DNA from: Chara braunii
Lineage: Eukaryota; Plantae; Charophyceae
Direction: 5' to 3'
Length of the DNA stretch: 62,776 bases
Assembly (NCBI GenBank): GCA_003427395.1
Contig: BFEA01000039.1
Span: forward strand, 1,631,608 to 1,694,383
The notes under the pieces are model-generated. The model made no database searches. It worked only from the letters and a program-made list of their open reading frames with translations, and was not told where the DNA came from. Position numbers and translations under genes: made by a program. This document shows, one piece after another, positions 35,498-48,200 of this stretch. The stretch's first letter is position 1, and each line of letters opens with the position of its first letter.

Positions 35498-36787
35498 CAC
35501 ATGACCCTATTTTAATTATTCGGGTCTGGTTGTTAATCTATATGGCTTACTTAGGGATGTTCCTTTCTTTGCCAGGTTACGCGGTCGTGTCGGTCTGGTC
35601 CCAACCGGTGAATCTTAATTATCTCGCTAACCTTTGGTCTGTTTCAAGTGTCGTTTGGACCGGACCCAACTAATTGACCCATTGCGGTCGCGTCGGTCCA
35701 GTCCAACGAGGAAGATCAGGTCTCCAGGGGACCGTACCGTCACGCCGTCTTTCCCTCGGTTTCGGCCCAGGGGAAATCTAATCGATGCGTTAGGGCCCAG
35801 CTTGACCATGGCTGCGGACGCAATTTTGACGCAGCGCGGGAGTTGACCGCGGCGAGTCAATTTTCGTTGTTGCGCCGCATCATCTTCCGACACCGGTCCG
35901 GGATCCTCGGTTCTATTCCCCAAGCACCACTCCTTGGCATCGGCGCAGGTCGTATTCCAACAGTCCGTGGGTATGCTCCTCAAGCTTAAATTCACGGGTC
36001 AGCAGCCCACGCCCGAAACCAAGGAAATGATAATAATTACTTAAAGCGTCCCCAACAGGATGCGACTGTCGTGGCACCGGCCGCAGAGCTTACCAGCGCC
36101 CCCTTGGCCCTGCGGAGCGGGGCCGAGATCGGACTTCCTGGCCAAAACAGAAGGGGCATGGCCCCACGGGACCCTCAACCCCTCAGCTCCCTGCTGCTCC
36201 GCTGCCCCTGCGTCGTCGCCCGTCGGCGTCGATCCTCGTACCTCCGTGTCCCAAATCCAATACCATAAGCTATAGGGCTAAGCCCAAACCTAGGACCTTG
36301 ATGCGTGGAACCCGTTATAAGGCGGCGCGGCCCAGCGTTTACGCCGACTTACCCAAGTTGTACCACGACCGCCACTCGCACCACTCCGCGTGCCAAGACC
36401 TACCGCAGTCACACGGTCGCCGTCGTCGCCGTCGTCGAGGCCGTCCTCAGTACGCACGCGTAACTCAGCCAAACATACCGACCAAAGACAAGTATCTTTA
36501 AACCCTAGTCTAATCAGAAATAATCAAAAATAAAAAAATATAGAGCTACAATAAAGGCGAACCGACCTGGCGTCCGCGCCAGCTCTATAATCAACGATAG
36601 AAACGGAATCACGCGCGCCTCAACCCTGCACGCCCATGCACTCTTTACTCTGGTCAACCAACCAGTCACTCGTAAATCACAGACGCGGCCGCGCCTAGCG
36701 CGGTATACTCAAACTTCAAACCAGAACTATTTTATGTCGCTTGCAAAAACCAGGGCGGATATCCTTGTAAGGGTTTTCGCGCCGACA

Positions 36788-39700
36788 GCTTACCAGACCA
36801 TATTAAGCGACATCCCCGTCGCTTCACCAAATCAGAAAGGTATAAGTGTACCCACAGTCCAAATGCTGACGAGAAAGGAACCAATCCGATTAGCCGACAG
36901 ACTCAGGTTTGAGGCCTCCATCAATCCGTGCCCATCATAACTTTATGCCGCTAGGGTTCTAACCTGGGTCTCCATTGTCTTGACAATAGGACGCAAGTGT
37001 ATTACGCATCAATACTACAGCATAAGCTCCAAGGGCCACCTCAAACCATCCTCTTCCCTTGTGGCCTAGACAAACGCCGGATTCTCGTTGAGTGCCCTGG
37101 CTAGACTCTATCTTGTAAGCCGATCCTTCCCCAGGGCGCGGGCCTTAGATGAGACCTAAGAAGGCACTCTCGCCTCCCTCGCGAAAATCCTCACAATCAG
37201 CGTACATATATACATACATAAATCTCCTCTCAACTCTTTCTGCAGTCTAGTACAGAAATGCTAGGTTTTCATCCTGGCCCACCATAGTCTGGTTGATCGA
37301 GCCAGATCTACGGCCTACCACATTGTTATCTTAACGGCAGTTCCTTCATTGGTTGCGCAATGATAGATTTTCTCCTGATAAGCATTCAATCAGGACTACC
37401 CAAAGTCTCGACTCATATCCCCCGCCATCCCACCGGAGTAATTTCCCTGGGGTGTGCATAACCCCTTAAACTCCTACCTCGTTGGTGGACGTGGGCCCGC
37501 AACCAGGTTGTGCTGGCTTGCAGTCATTCAATAGGGGTTGCGCCCTAGAGGTGCTAACCTTTACCGTTTAGCTTGGTATTCCTCAATATGCCTTGGGATT
37601 AGCACGAGTGTCTAGACAGTGCATCGCAAAACAAACCACAGACCCACTGCGGGACTACACAGGGGTTTGTCTCACCTTAAAAGCGTTTACCAGCTCCCTA
37701 TGGGACGACATAGAAAGCATGGCCCCTTTTCACAATCACAAACAGATTCACCGCTAGGCTCACACAAGGCCGTGGCCTACTGACTTGATCAGAGACAGCA
37801 GACCACACATTCCACGACATCTTAATGCACTAACTTGCGACCTTCTCAGTTCCACCAATGATCCAGTCAGTAATTCTGGTTCCTCTCGTCGGGCTTTATC
37901 AACTCAAGCACTGCTTACCACGCCCTTAGATCTGTTAACCACCTTTCACACGAAGGAGGTATCTCTTAATAGGTCTCCCATCCATCCCTCTCTTTCTAGG
38001 ATGAGTTATCACCCGACCCCTTTTTAAAACACCCCCAAACCACATTACCACCTTCTTTACTCTGAAGGGGCCTCCCCCATAAAACAACTCTAACTGAGAG
38101 GCCTACTCATGGGTCCTCTCCACAACTCAACCATGAAACAACTCAACCTGAGGGGCCTGCTTATGGGTCCTCTTCACAACTCAACCGTAAAACATTCGGC
38201 ATGGTAAGTATTCGGGCCTCGGAGACTCGCAAAATCTCTTAGGATTCTCACGCTTTCACAATAACAGACTGCACTCCCTCCCCTTATACTCGGCCCTGTC
38301 CTGCCTGTAGGCAGGCTGCACGAGTATACCGAAGAGTAGACAGTTCACCTCCATTTATTCTCATGAAATTCACGCAATCCGATACACATGAGATGTATCT
38401 CACACATCTCTCACACAAAGCCACCATACGTCCAGGTAAACCACACATGTGAGAGTGATTGTGGTCGTCATGTACAAAAGATAGTCTCAAATAAAGCCTT
38501 AACTCAATATATACACAGGGGCACAACACCCCAACTCAGGCGCGAGCCAAATGTTCTCGGGTTACATATATATACACTCAGAGTTGAACAGTCTCAACTC
38601 AAATCGTCACCGGTATCACACAAGAACAACACGACCTCCTGGACCAAGGCTAAAACTAAAACAGTTTGATCAGGTCGTAGCCTTACCCCTCAACCCAGAG
38701 GGACCTAAGTAATTCAAGACATATCCAGATATCCACGGACAGGTAAGACCAGAAGTCATTCATACACAGGTCTTACAACTGCCTCCCTAGGCTAGAGAGC
38801 CTATCTCCCACATGCTGAGGTTTCCTCCCGCACCTATACAATTATTCTATTAGGGTTCCTCTTGCCTACAATTCAAGTCACCTGACCGGACCATAATTGC
38901 AAAATCCCCTTCCCTCTGTACGTTGTGCCTGTCCGCAGCAACTATATAATAAGGATTTCTCGCTTATACCTACGGTCTACGTAAATTTTCAGGCCCTTCT
39001 CACCCAAATCCGTCTCCTTCAAAACTCATCCTTGTAACCCGTCTTGATACATCCTGCCAGCCAACACATAGGGGCTCAATCCATACAATTGGTGGTCCTG
39101 CCACTTTGGTCCTTACCTTCACCTATATGTACATTGTCTACGAGAAACACACCCTAGCAGGATATATGGACACTTCCTATCGGCCAACTGCGGCGTGAAC
39201 CCCTTCCCAGTCTACAGCTTCCTCGTTTGGGTCGTGTGAACTTGCATAAGCATCCACTACAGTGGCCAGGTTCCTGAGTTCCTGGCTATGGGGCAAGAAT
39301 CCTTCGGTCCAGGTACAACCCATTTACCAACTCGCACGTATACCTTGCATATCCCCATTCTCGCACCTTCACGGCAGCCTCTGCAGCGGCTTCCACCCTC
39401 GCCCATCTTCCAAAACATGCCTCTATCAAAACTCTGGCAGGACAACTCGCAATGGGGCCGAGGGAAGTGTAAACTCCTCGGCGTGCTTGACCTCTACACG
39501 GGTCTCCACCTGCTCCTCTCCTTCCTGGACCCGGTCGTTCGTCCACTTTGTTGCAGCTCCCTCAGCTACCCTCAAAGGTTTTCCCAATAGACTCCTATGC
39601 CCAAACGCCAACTCAATCCCGTGTAGGGCCCAAAACGAGGAGGACGCATACAGAGTCACCCTTACGATCGCGCAGTCCTGACCATCATCAAACCCGGACT

Positions 39701-42220
39701 CGATCGAGGCGAAAATATCCTAGCCTATCTGTGCGCCCCACCAGGAAGAGATGTACTCTCCCTCCCTGACTCACCTCGGCAGAGAAATCTCAATCCCATC
39801 TTCTCCCTTGACAGGCAGGGTCACCATGGGATCTTCCTTCGCATAAGGCATCCTAAGTTACCTTTGCTCCGGTCTAGGCTCTGCCCATCACAGGAAAAAA
39901 ACGCCCAGCATGCGCCTTCCGTTATTCTATTCGCAATCATACTCTACCATCTCATCTCTAAACCCCATCCTCATATCATCTTTCCCTAGAACCACTCACT
40001 TCCAGCGTTTGCGACCGCCCAACCTAGGAAAATATCGTTGGTAATATACCAGAATAATAACCCTTGCACAAACACCGACTTCCTAATGGTAACTATTTAT
40101 ACAACATGGTACATTACTCAAGTAATGGATGCCAATAATGCCCTGCTAAGATCATCCCGATACTTATTGCATACGCACGTAGAAAGTCTATTCCAACAAT
40201 CGGCTATACCGAAGAGAGCTCTTTACATAACTACCCATATGAAATAGAGCACCAAATATTCGTCGATAGCCCCTCGAATCATAACTCCGACATTAGTCAG
40301 ATATCACTTTTACAACCCAGGAAGATACAATATACCCGACGTATAGGCAGGCAACCCAAACACGAATCCAAAATGTAGTACAACCCACAATAAGTAGGAT
40401 ATTCTCGTAATCACGAACACAACATCGTAAGCACAACTTATTTGCAGGGGTTGTAACTGAAGAGCACGATATGCTTTGCACATAACCATATGAGGCCAAT
40501 TCAACTGCCAGCTATATAACAAGATAACTTCTCAAAACATATCTTAGTTTATACAAGATAGAATAAGACTAACAATGAGTAATTTACATGATACAATTGT
40601 TACCCCCTTCATCTCTTAGGTGAAGCATATAATACAGAGGGGCGGTGTGATCCTCTTGAGATAACATCTTGACTCTCAAGCCCCGCTCTAAAGATCAAGC
40701 CTCACCGCAACCCTCTCTGATTTCAGCGCTTGCACCCCACTGAGCCTAATCATGGTCAGATGGTCAGCCCCATTCATACCTGTCAGGACAACGGATAGCG
40801 AGTCCGTGCCCTTACAAATACGATGGCCCCTGCTTGATGCGAGACGAACCCAAATCGCTACTCCCGGACCGCTCTCACTAAGCAGTAGTTGTTCCACCTG
40901 GCCATCACAGCCTCAGCGAGGTAGCAAACCCTTTCCTCCTTTCTACAACAGATAATGTAGTTACTCTCCCATTACAGGAAAGACAACAATACCCCACTAA
41001 TGGACCAGGAACATCGTTCCGGCATGGGTCTCACTATCAGTTTTGAGACTAATAACCGCTTCCCTAAGCCTCATCGAGGGAGTAACAACTCAAGAATGCA
41101 CTTCCACTAAGGGCAAATTATACACGCCGACTAACTCCTTCTCGGAAGAACCACCTTCCACAGAAGCAAGTCACCCCATTCACCCCTGGTCCCATGCCAG
41201 ACGTGGGTTTCATGCAGAATCTATGTCCTCGTGAAGGGCAATCCATACATACGTCATCAATCCGACATCAAACACAACACAATGAAAGCACATATATAGA
41301 GACAACCAAACAACCAATCATAAATGTCATATATACATATATCACATATAATTTAACACATAGGCCTCTCTTCGGACTAGCCAAACCGCTATCCCTGTGG
41401 TCACTACTTCTCGAGATCTATCGATAGTTAGCCAAACAGTTCGCAAGCGACTCAAATCATCACTAACTCACACTATCGACGAGTCTAAGCATCGTACTGG
41501 TCGTAGTACCTATCACATCACATCCCTGCTTGGGCTCAAGGAAATATCCTTACGATTAAACTCCTTACTTCGCACTTTATCAATCAACCCCTCACCCATG
41601 CTGCTCTCGTATCAGCAACTTCCTCTAACGTCGGGGTCATACGACTAGGGGAGGCGCTCCATCTTAACTTAACTATCTTCCACGGCAGGCTTTGCACAAC
41701 AATCACGTAACGTGTCATTTAGCCTCAAATTCCAATAATAGGCATACTTAGCGATGTCGGTACCACCTTGCTCATTCTTAACCGAATCAAGACTACAAGG
41801 CATTACCTAAACTCATCAATCATTAAAATCAAAGAGCCTTTCAACTCCAGTTAATCGCATACCAGGCAGTGCTCACAGCGCATAGTCAAGACGTGTATCG
41901 ATCTCAAGCAACCCTTACTGCATCGCTCAAACCCCACTCGCAGAACTAACCCTCACTTCATGCTCTATCCAATACCTTATACGATCGACCACTTTCTCCT
42001 AACTAGGTCAATAGAGCAGAAGCGGTTATTCTCCTCGGATTATCAACCTGCCTCAATTCAAGGCTCGATTTCTATGGACCTCTCAGTCTTTACGGTACTT
42101 CCAACGGTAGTCAAAATATTAGTTAATCGCTTATACGAGTCCACAAAGACTTCTCATTTGCCTATTTCTCACTTTCATACCCAGATGTCGTTCCACCAGG
42201 GACAACGGTAGACAGCCGTT
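36788..42220 (-). mobile_element. Internal region of the family-A element, without recognisable gag/pol or PPT
   Basis: Follows the PBS. Only short or stop-riddled frames; no RT, integrase or protease motifs seen. Confidence 0.7.
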
Positions 42221-42239
42221 ATCCCCGGCAACGGCACCA
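42221..42239 (-). other. Primer-binding site complementary to the 3' end of tRNA-Asp(GUC)
   Basis: Minus strand TGGTGCCGTTGCCGGGGAT, 2 nt from the LTR end; one mismatch to the TGGCGCCGTTGCCGGGGA PBS of Athila-type Ty3/gypsy elements. Confidence 0.9.
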
Positions 42240-42241
42240 CC

Positions 42242-45200
42242 TGTCGGGCGCATCGGTCCGACGCCGCACGCGGCAGCACGGGACCCTCTCGGCCGCGTCA
42301 CGCAGGAGTTGAACCAACCTTGCCGCGAACACACAAATGGAGCTTCCTTAGGCCGCTCCGGCCGAGTGCGCCAGCCATACCTCTCGCGAGCCCCTACGAC
42401 AGAATAGGGCCTACGCGAGGCACAACTTACCTCCACCTTACGGGAGTTGTCACCTCCCTTCAGTGGGCGTATCCCCGCCGAGCTAACAGTCCACAGTAGG
42501 AAAGCTACTCGGTTGCAATCGCAGAGGTGGACCGGCTGAGGGCGTTTCTCGTTTGTTGTAGCATAGGGGGTACGCGCGGTAATATGCCTATCGGGCCCGC
42601 ACGCGAACCGACATCTTGGGGGGCTGAAGTCCCAAGCGCGGCTCGACGTCGGTCGACTAGGACGCATCCCACACACCACGCGCACACCACTTTACGAACA
42701 CAAAAATAAGACACACACACACGCACATACAACACGACACAACACAAACAACGCGACAACACTCCTTGCCCCTCGGTAGCCAACCCATAACTTCCCAACG
42801 CAGAAATCGGATAGGCGTCGCGCGCGAGACTCGGTATAAAACCGCGCGGACGCAGGGCCAACCCATATCGACTCGCAATGCAAGTGTACGCAAGCAGTCG
42901 CAATGATAGCGTACTATGTAGTACCCATACTCACTCGGTCCTCGTTAATCTCGAGGGTCGCATTCAACACTCAAGTGTCGGCTGACACGCGCCTTGAGGG
43001 TTAATCTCTCGACGCTGGACAACCGCCATGCGTGGTTGAAGACCACACACCCTCTTCTGCACTTTGTGCAGAGCGGGTGGTACACAGGTCCATACCTGTG
43101 GTGGCAGTCATTTTTTGCGGCCTTTGGGGTAAGTCCTACTCCATGCCCGGGCAAAAGTCAAGGGGTTTGACTTTGACGGCTGCCACGGACTACAACGTCC
43201 AACCATACAAACTCTAAAAAGCAAGGGTAAAAAAGGAATCCCCCTTTTCTCTCAAGACACAATCTGGTTAACCCTTATGCTCAATTACAGTAGGTCTCTC
43301 AAATACTCAGGGCACTTATAAGTATATAAGGGTTAATTATATAGGACGATCACTTCTCACAGTCATTGTGAGGCTCCTCTTAGTCATATATGTATGTAAT
43401 CGCAGACAGCCACATCCCGAAGCCGAACCACAACCATACATGCAATCACATCAAAGGTTCAACCAGAAGTCCACGCACTACACGGGGTCAACTTCAACCA
43501 TTCCTCGCACTCATACCCCTCGCTTTAGCCATACAAGCCTCACTCGTGCAACTCTTAAATAAATACTCAGTACTTTTGTTGGATGGTCATTCAATAAAGT
43601 CCGGGTAAAAACACAACAAAACAATTCAAATCTTAAGGCTAAAGCCTTTAGATTGAGTGACAGGAGTGAATTGGAGTTAAATCGTAAACCGACGAATCGA
43701 CAACCGACCTGTTATTAGTGATAACGGAATGTGATCATTGTAGGATCAAGCTGAAACTAGTCCCAATCCTGAATCAAACGACCAAGAGGACATGTAACAC
43801 ATAACAGGCTAATCCCCAAATTGAAATCATAAGTGTATGGAGAATACAACTCCATAACACATTCTCACTCAAATCCTCCTAGTTAACTAGGCCTAAATCT
43901 ACCTTTAAGCAGTCCCCAAAGCAAAGGCAGACCCTGGCATAGTCTCCCCTATACAGAGGGGATCGCCAGAATTGTCACCTGTCAAAATATAATCTAACTC
44001 CTCTAAATCAAGAAAATTTCGGCAGCGCTTCCCGTAGGAAAAGTGTCTTTCCGTAATTTATATCACCCCAAATATGAAAGCAGAAATAAACTCCAACTCT
44101 GGAAAATCAAATTCTGTCTAACTCCCTCAAATTAGTAGGAATTTGGACAGCACTCCCTCTAGAAAAGGAGACTTCCCAAATTTATACTAAGTCAGATATA
44201 AATTCAAAAGACAACTCGAGTTCAATTTAGACAAGATTTAACTAACTTCTTAGTTTTGCAGAAATTTCGGCAGCACTCCCTTTAGAAAAGTGTTATTCCA
44301 AAATTTATACAAGACTAAGTTCAGAATTCGAAAGTAACTTTGACTTCTCAATGTCCAATTTTAGTCTAACTCCCTAAATTAGCAAAAATTTGGGCACCAC
44401 TCCTTTTAGAAAAGGAGGCTTTCCAGATTTTTACTAAGTCAGATATAAGGAAAGACAAAGTTGAACTTTTGACAAGTTAAATTTCAACTAACTCCTTGGA
44501 TTTGTAGAAATTTCGGCAGCGTTTCCCGTAGAGAAAGTAGTTTGTCAAAATTTATACAAAGCCAAGTATAAGAAAAGATCCCATAAAATGCAAGAATTGA
44601 CCTACGTAAAAAAACTTAGCTAAAAAAATGCAGGAATTGAAACTAACTCCTATCGCTCTAGCACGCGGCGAACGACTAAAGAAACTACCTATCAACCTGA
44701 AACTCAGACCAAGTAGTAGCCTCACTCTGTCACATGCAGGCCAAACCACAGAGCTAAGTGCTCTCGCCATCCCAAGGTATACCTGAACAAACAATAGTTC
44801 ATTATCCCTCAATGGTTAAACCCTTTATACCCAGCTTACATAAGGTATAGGTCAGGCCACCTGAACTTACAGAGCGCGCCCAACTTAACCAGGCCTAAAG
44901 TCAGAATACCTAAACTTATAAAGCGTTCTGACTCAGCCAAGTATACACAAACAGAGCGCACAACTACTTTTCTCTTCCTTTGGGCATACGACTAAGCCAT
45001 TCATCTCAGAAACGATGCTTAGGCGCCCTGAACTGTTTAATATCCAAGTTTTATATACTTCTCTGAACTTAGTCTTCAAGGTGGGCGTAGGAGTGAGCCA
45101 TTCATCTTAGAAACAATGCTCAGCCAGCCCAAGTTACCTTCAATTATATTCTTAATTGTACTCTTTTCAATTCACGATAAGCTATAGTCAGACCATCCAA

Positions 45201-48200
45201 TCTCATGGAACCCGTGCCTGACTGGCCTGTTCGTAGATAGGATAATAATAACATATAGCCAAATTATAATCCTTGGGTTCCAGCATATGCGAGGCTTCGA
45301 GCCAAACCCCGTGAACTTACAGAAGGGTCTGCCTCTCCACCTTATTTTTTTCTTTCTGAGCCTTCCTGTGCGTGGCAATGGGTCAAGCCCTCTGAACTTA
45401 CAGAAGGGCATGCCCCTCTGTCAGGTTCATTCCCTTAAACCAAATACAAGAAGAGACTGAGCCGCCTAAACTTATAGAGCAGCTCAGTCCCCTCATTCAG
45501 AAACCAAAGAAACTGAGAAAACCCAAAAGAAACCAAGGCAGCTCAAAGCACCAAAACTTATTGAATGCTCTGTGCCCCTGAAAATCAAACACAATCAAAC
45601 CCTCGCAAGTCAGAGCAGTCAGGTCACCTAAACTTATAGAGCGTCCTGACCTTCCATGCAATTCACAACACCGGGTCTCCCCAAACTTATGGGGACGTCC
45701 CAACCTCCAAAGTATTCAGGCTACCTAAACTTATAGAGCGGCCTGGTCGCTTCATGCATTACCAAAATAAACAAAGCGTTGGGCTTCCCCAAACTTATGG
45801 GGACCTCCCAGCCTTAACGCCCCAATCAACCTGCACACAATACTGCCCTCCTTCCAATCTTCCCCCAGATGCCATTCCCTTCTCTGATACAAGTCTGCTT
45901 TCACATAATCAACAAAACTGAAACTGAGCTTGCACACACGTTCTTTTATTTCAGCCTGACTTGTCCTGAAAGTCAACCCAAAGTCAAATACAGGATCCGC
46001 ACCATACACTCAGTAAAACATAGAAGGATGTACAGATAGGGGTTTTTATAGAAGGAGTCAGGGAGTTACCACTCTGTTCCCTGCCTCCAGGACTCCGCCT
46101 GAGTCCCGGCACAACTCCCGCAATCGGTGGGGCGAACCTCCCACAAAGGCCTTGGCGCGGATTAAGGGTTGCAATCCCGCCTGTCGCCTTCCTCTCAGAA
46201 CCAATAGACTAGACTTAGAGTAAGGAGGTCAGAAAAAGAAAGTTTAAGTCTCTCAGATCCAAGGAGGGTGCTCTCAGACTCGCAGGAGAGGGCCTTGTTG
46301 CCTTGACGCGCCTGAGGGCCCCGCAATGGCGGCCAAAACATGCATCAGCTTGTCAATCCTTGGCCAAACGCAGAACAGCAACACCCTGACGAACTTCCAA
46401 ATCGCTGTAATAACTCCTTTACACAGCCCAATGACTATTCCAAGCTGTCGTATCGCTCTCTCAACCTGGGTTGGTGCTACCCAGCCTAGAAAGGTCGCCC
46501 TCAAACAGGGCGCACGCCCGTATCTTTCTCGAGGTGCTGTCAAAAAAAATTCAGCCGGGAACCGCGCTTACAACCAATTGCAAGCGAGCGCAGCGCAAAA
46601 AGTGTGGCAAAGCGTAGCAAGGCCAACCATGTACACCAACCCCAACGTACGCAACTATCGCACGCAGGAGTATCTGGCCAATGCAGCAGTCATGCGTGAT
46701 GATACGCAGCCAAAACCTGCGTACATAGCCAGCGCCGCGAGCACATCTCAAGGTGCACAGCAACAGCAGCAAACGCTACTTTGGGCACACAGCAGTCCCA
46801 CTGGCTTCGGCAGTAGCAAGCGAACTCCAATATGACCCCTTCATACGAATGCACAACCGTAATGCCGCTGATTCCAGCAACGCCACAGCCACCGTGACCA
46901 CAGTTCGCCCCTGCTGAGGACAGTCAACAACATCACCTAGGTACTTATTTCCTCCACACCTTACTGCTGCTGCTGGCTTCGAGCAGGTAAGTGCCCACTT
47001 CTTGTATATGACGCACCTGGCCCTCAGCTTGGCCCGGTAGGGACAACCCAAAGCTTGCTGCAGTCGGCCACTACTACCATGAACCTCGCTCTTCACTCCC
47101 GTGCTATAAGCTCTGTAGCAGGCTTGCCTTTTCACAACCACGGATGTGCTCTGAGCAGGTAAGTATATTCCCCCTCTTGGACTTCTTCTCGTATCCCCCC
47201 GTATCCCCTTCGTCCTACTTCCGTTCTTCCCGGGCTCGATGCACCCAGTCACTATCGTAGCCGAGCGCACACAAACTGAAACAAGCGGATCCTATGCCCT
47301 CCACCCTTCCTACCTGTAATGCTCCTAACCCAGATCCGTGCCTCGATGCAGATTTGTTTTTACTATCTTCCTGTGGCTGCACCTCTTGTCCCCGCTAACT
47401 GTAGTGCAGCTCCCGATACCTCCAGCAACGCTGGGTCTGGCGGCGACCAGTCTCTCCCGTTCTCTTTACCCCCTCCTCTATGTTAATGCACCTAGCGCGA
47501 GATCGCGTCCAGGTTCATTCATTCCAACTCCTCATCTTTTTCCATGCACCTCCTTCTCTCATTAACTCTTATCTTATTAATCTAAAACTAAGACTAGCAG
47601 TATGAACAGATTCACCCTACCCAGTAACATTCTGAATGACCCCTCACTCGCCCGTTTCCATCGAGAGGCGGGCGCAAAATCAACTCTTTTTCCCTCGGCC
47701 ATCCTAGCCTCTGCCATCCCCCGGCGCATTGACTTTCCTTCCTAACTTCTATTCTACCAACTTTCCCCTAAAACTAACCACGTGAACACGTTCACAGTGA
47801 CCGAAAACCCCCGTTTCGGTCCTTCCCCCCCTCGTTTTCGATTAGAAACGAGCAGTAACGGCCTCCTTCACTTTCGTTCCTACTCCCTCCGCCATATCCC
47901 GCCACCTTCACGTAAGGCTTTTTCCCAATAACTCCTTCTCCAATACTCTAATGCTAAAACTAACGTTACTAATGCATTCGCCCCACTCAAAAACCCTTAG
48001 CTAGCATCTATCCCCGCCCGATTACACAAAAGGGACAGGCAACTACACTAATTTCCGGCCCGCCATAGCCAACCCCTGCCATTTCGCTTGCTGCATGTAC
48101 CTGGCGCGGAATTGCACCAGGTTCATTCCCTCATTTCCCCCCTCGTGCTCATAACCCGACTCTCTCTGTACGCGCCCGGCGTCTCCCTTTCTCTTGCCCG

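Larger units (their letters stand above)
29653..35892. mobile_element. Element C: 6.2-kb TG..CA insertion (solo-LTR-like) with a CCGG target-site duplication
   Basis: CCGG|TGTCG...CGACA|CCGG. The empty site AGCTCACCAGTCCGGGATCC is present in the right LTR at about 48931-48950. Confidence 0.9.
23005..36787 (-). mobile_element. Family-A giant LTR, left copy (about 7.5 kb net), interrupted by element C at 29653-35892
   Basis: TGTCGGGCGC...GCGCCGACA termini. 23005-29652 plus 35897-36787 is colinear with 42242-49826. Flanks ACGG and GCTT do not match. Confidence 0.92.

Noticed and set aside
37590-37650. Possible degenerate Gag zinc knuckle on the minus strand
   Set aside because: Cys/His spacing does not fit CX2CX4HX4C in any single frame.
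42221-42239. tRNA-Asp gene
   Set aside because: Only the 3' 18-19 nt including CCA are present, next to an LTR, so it is a PBS.
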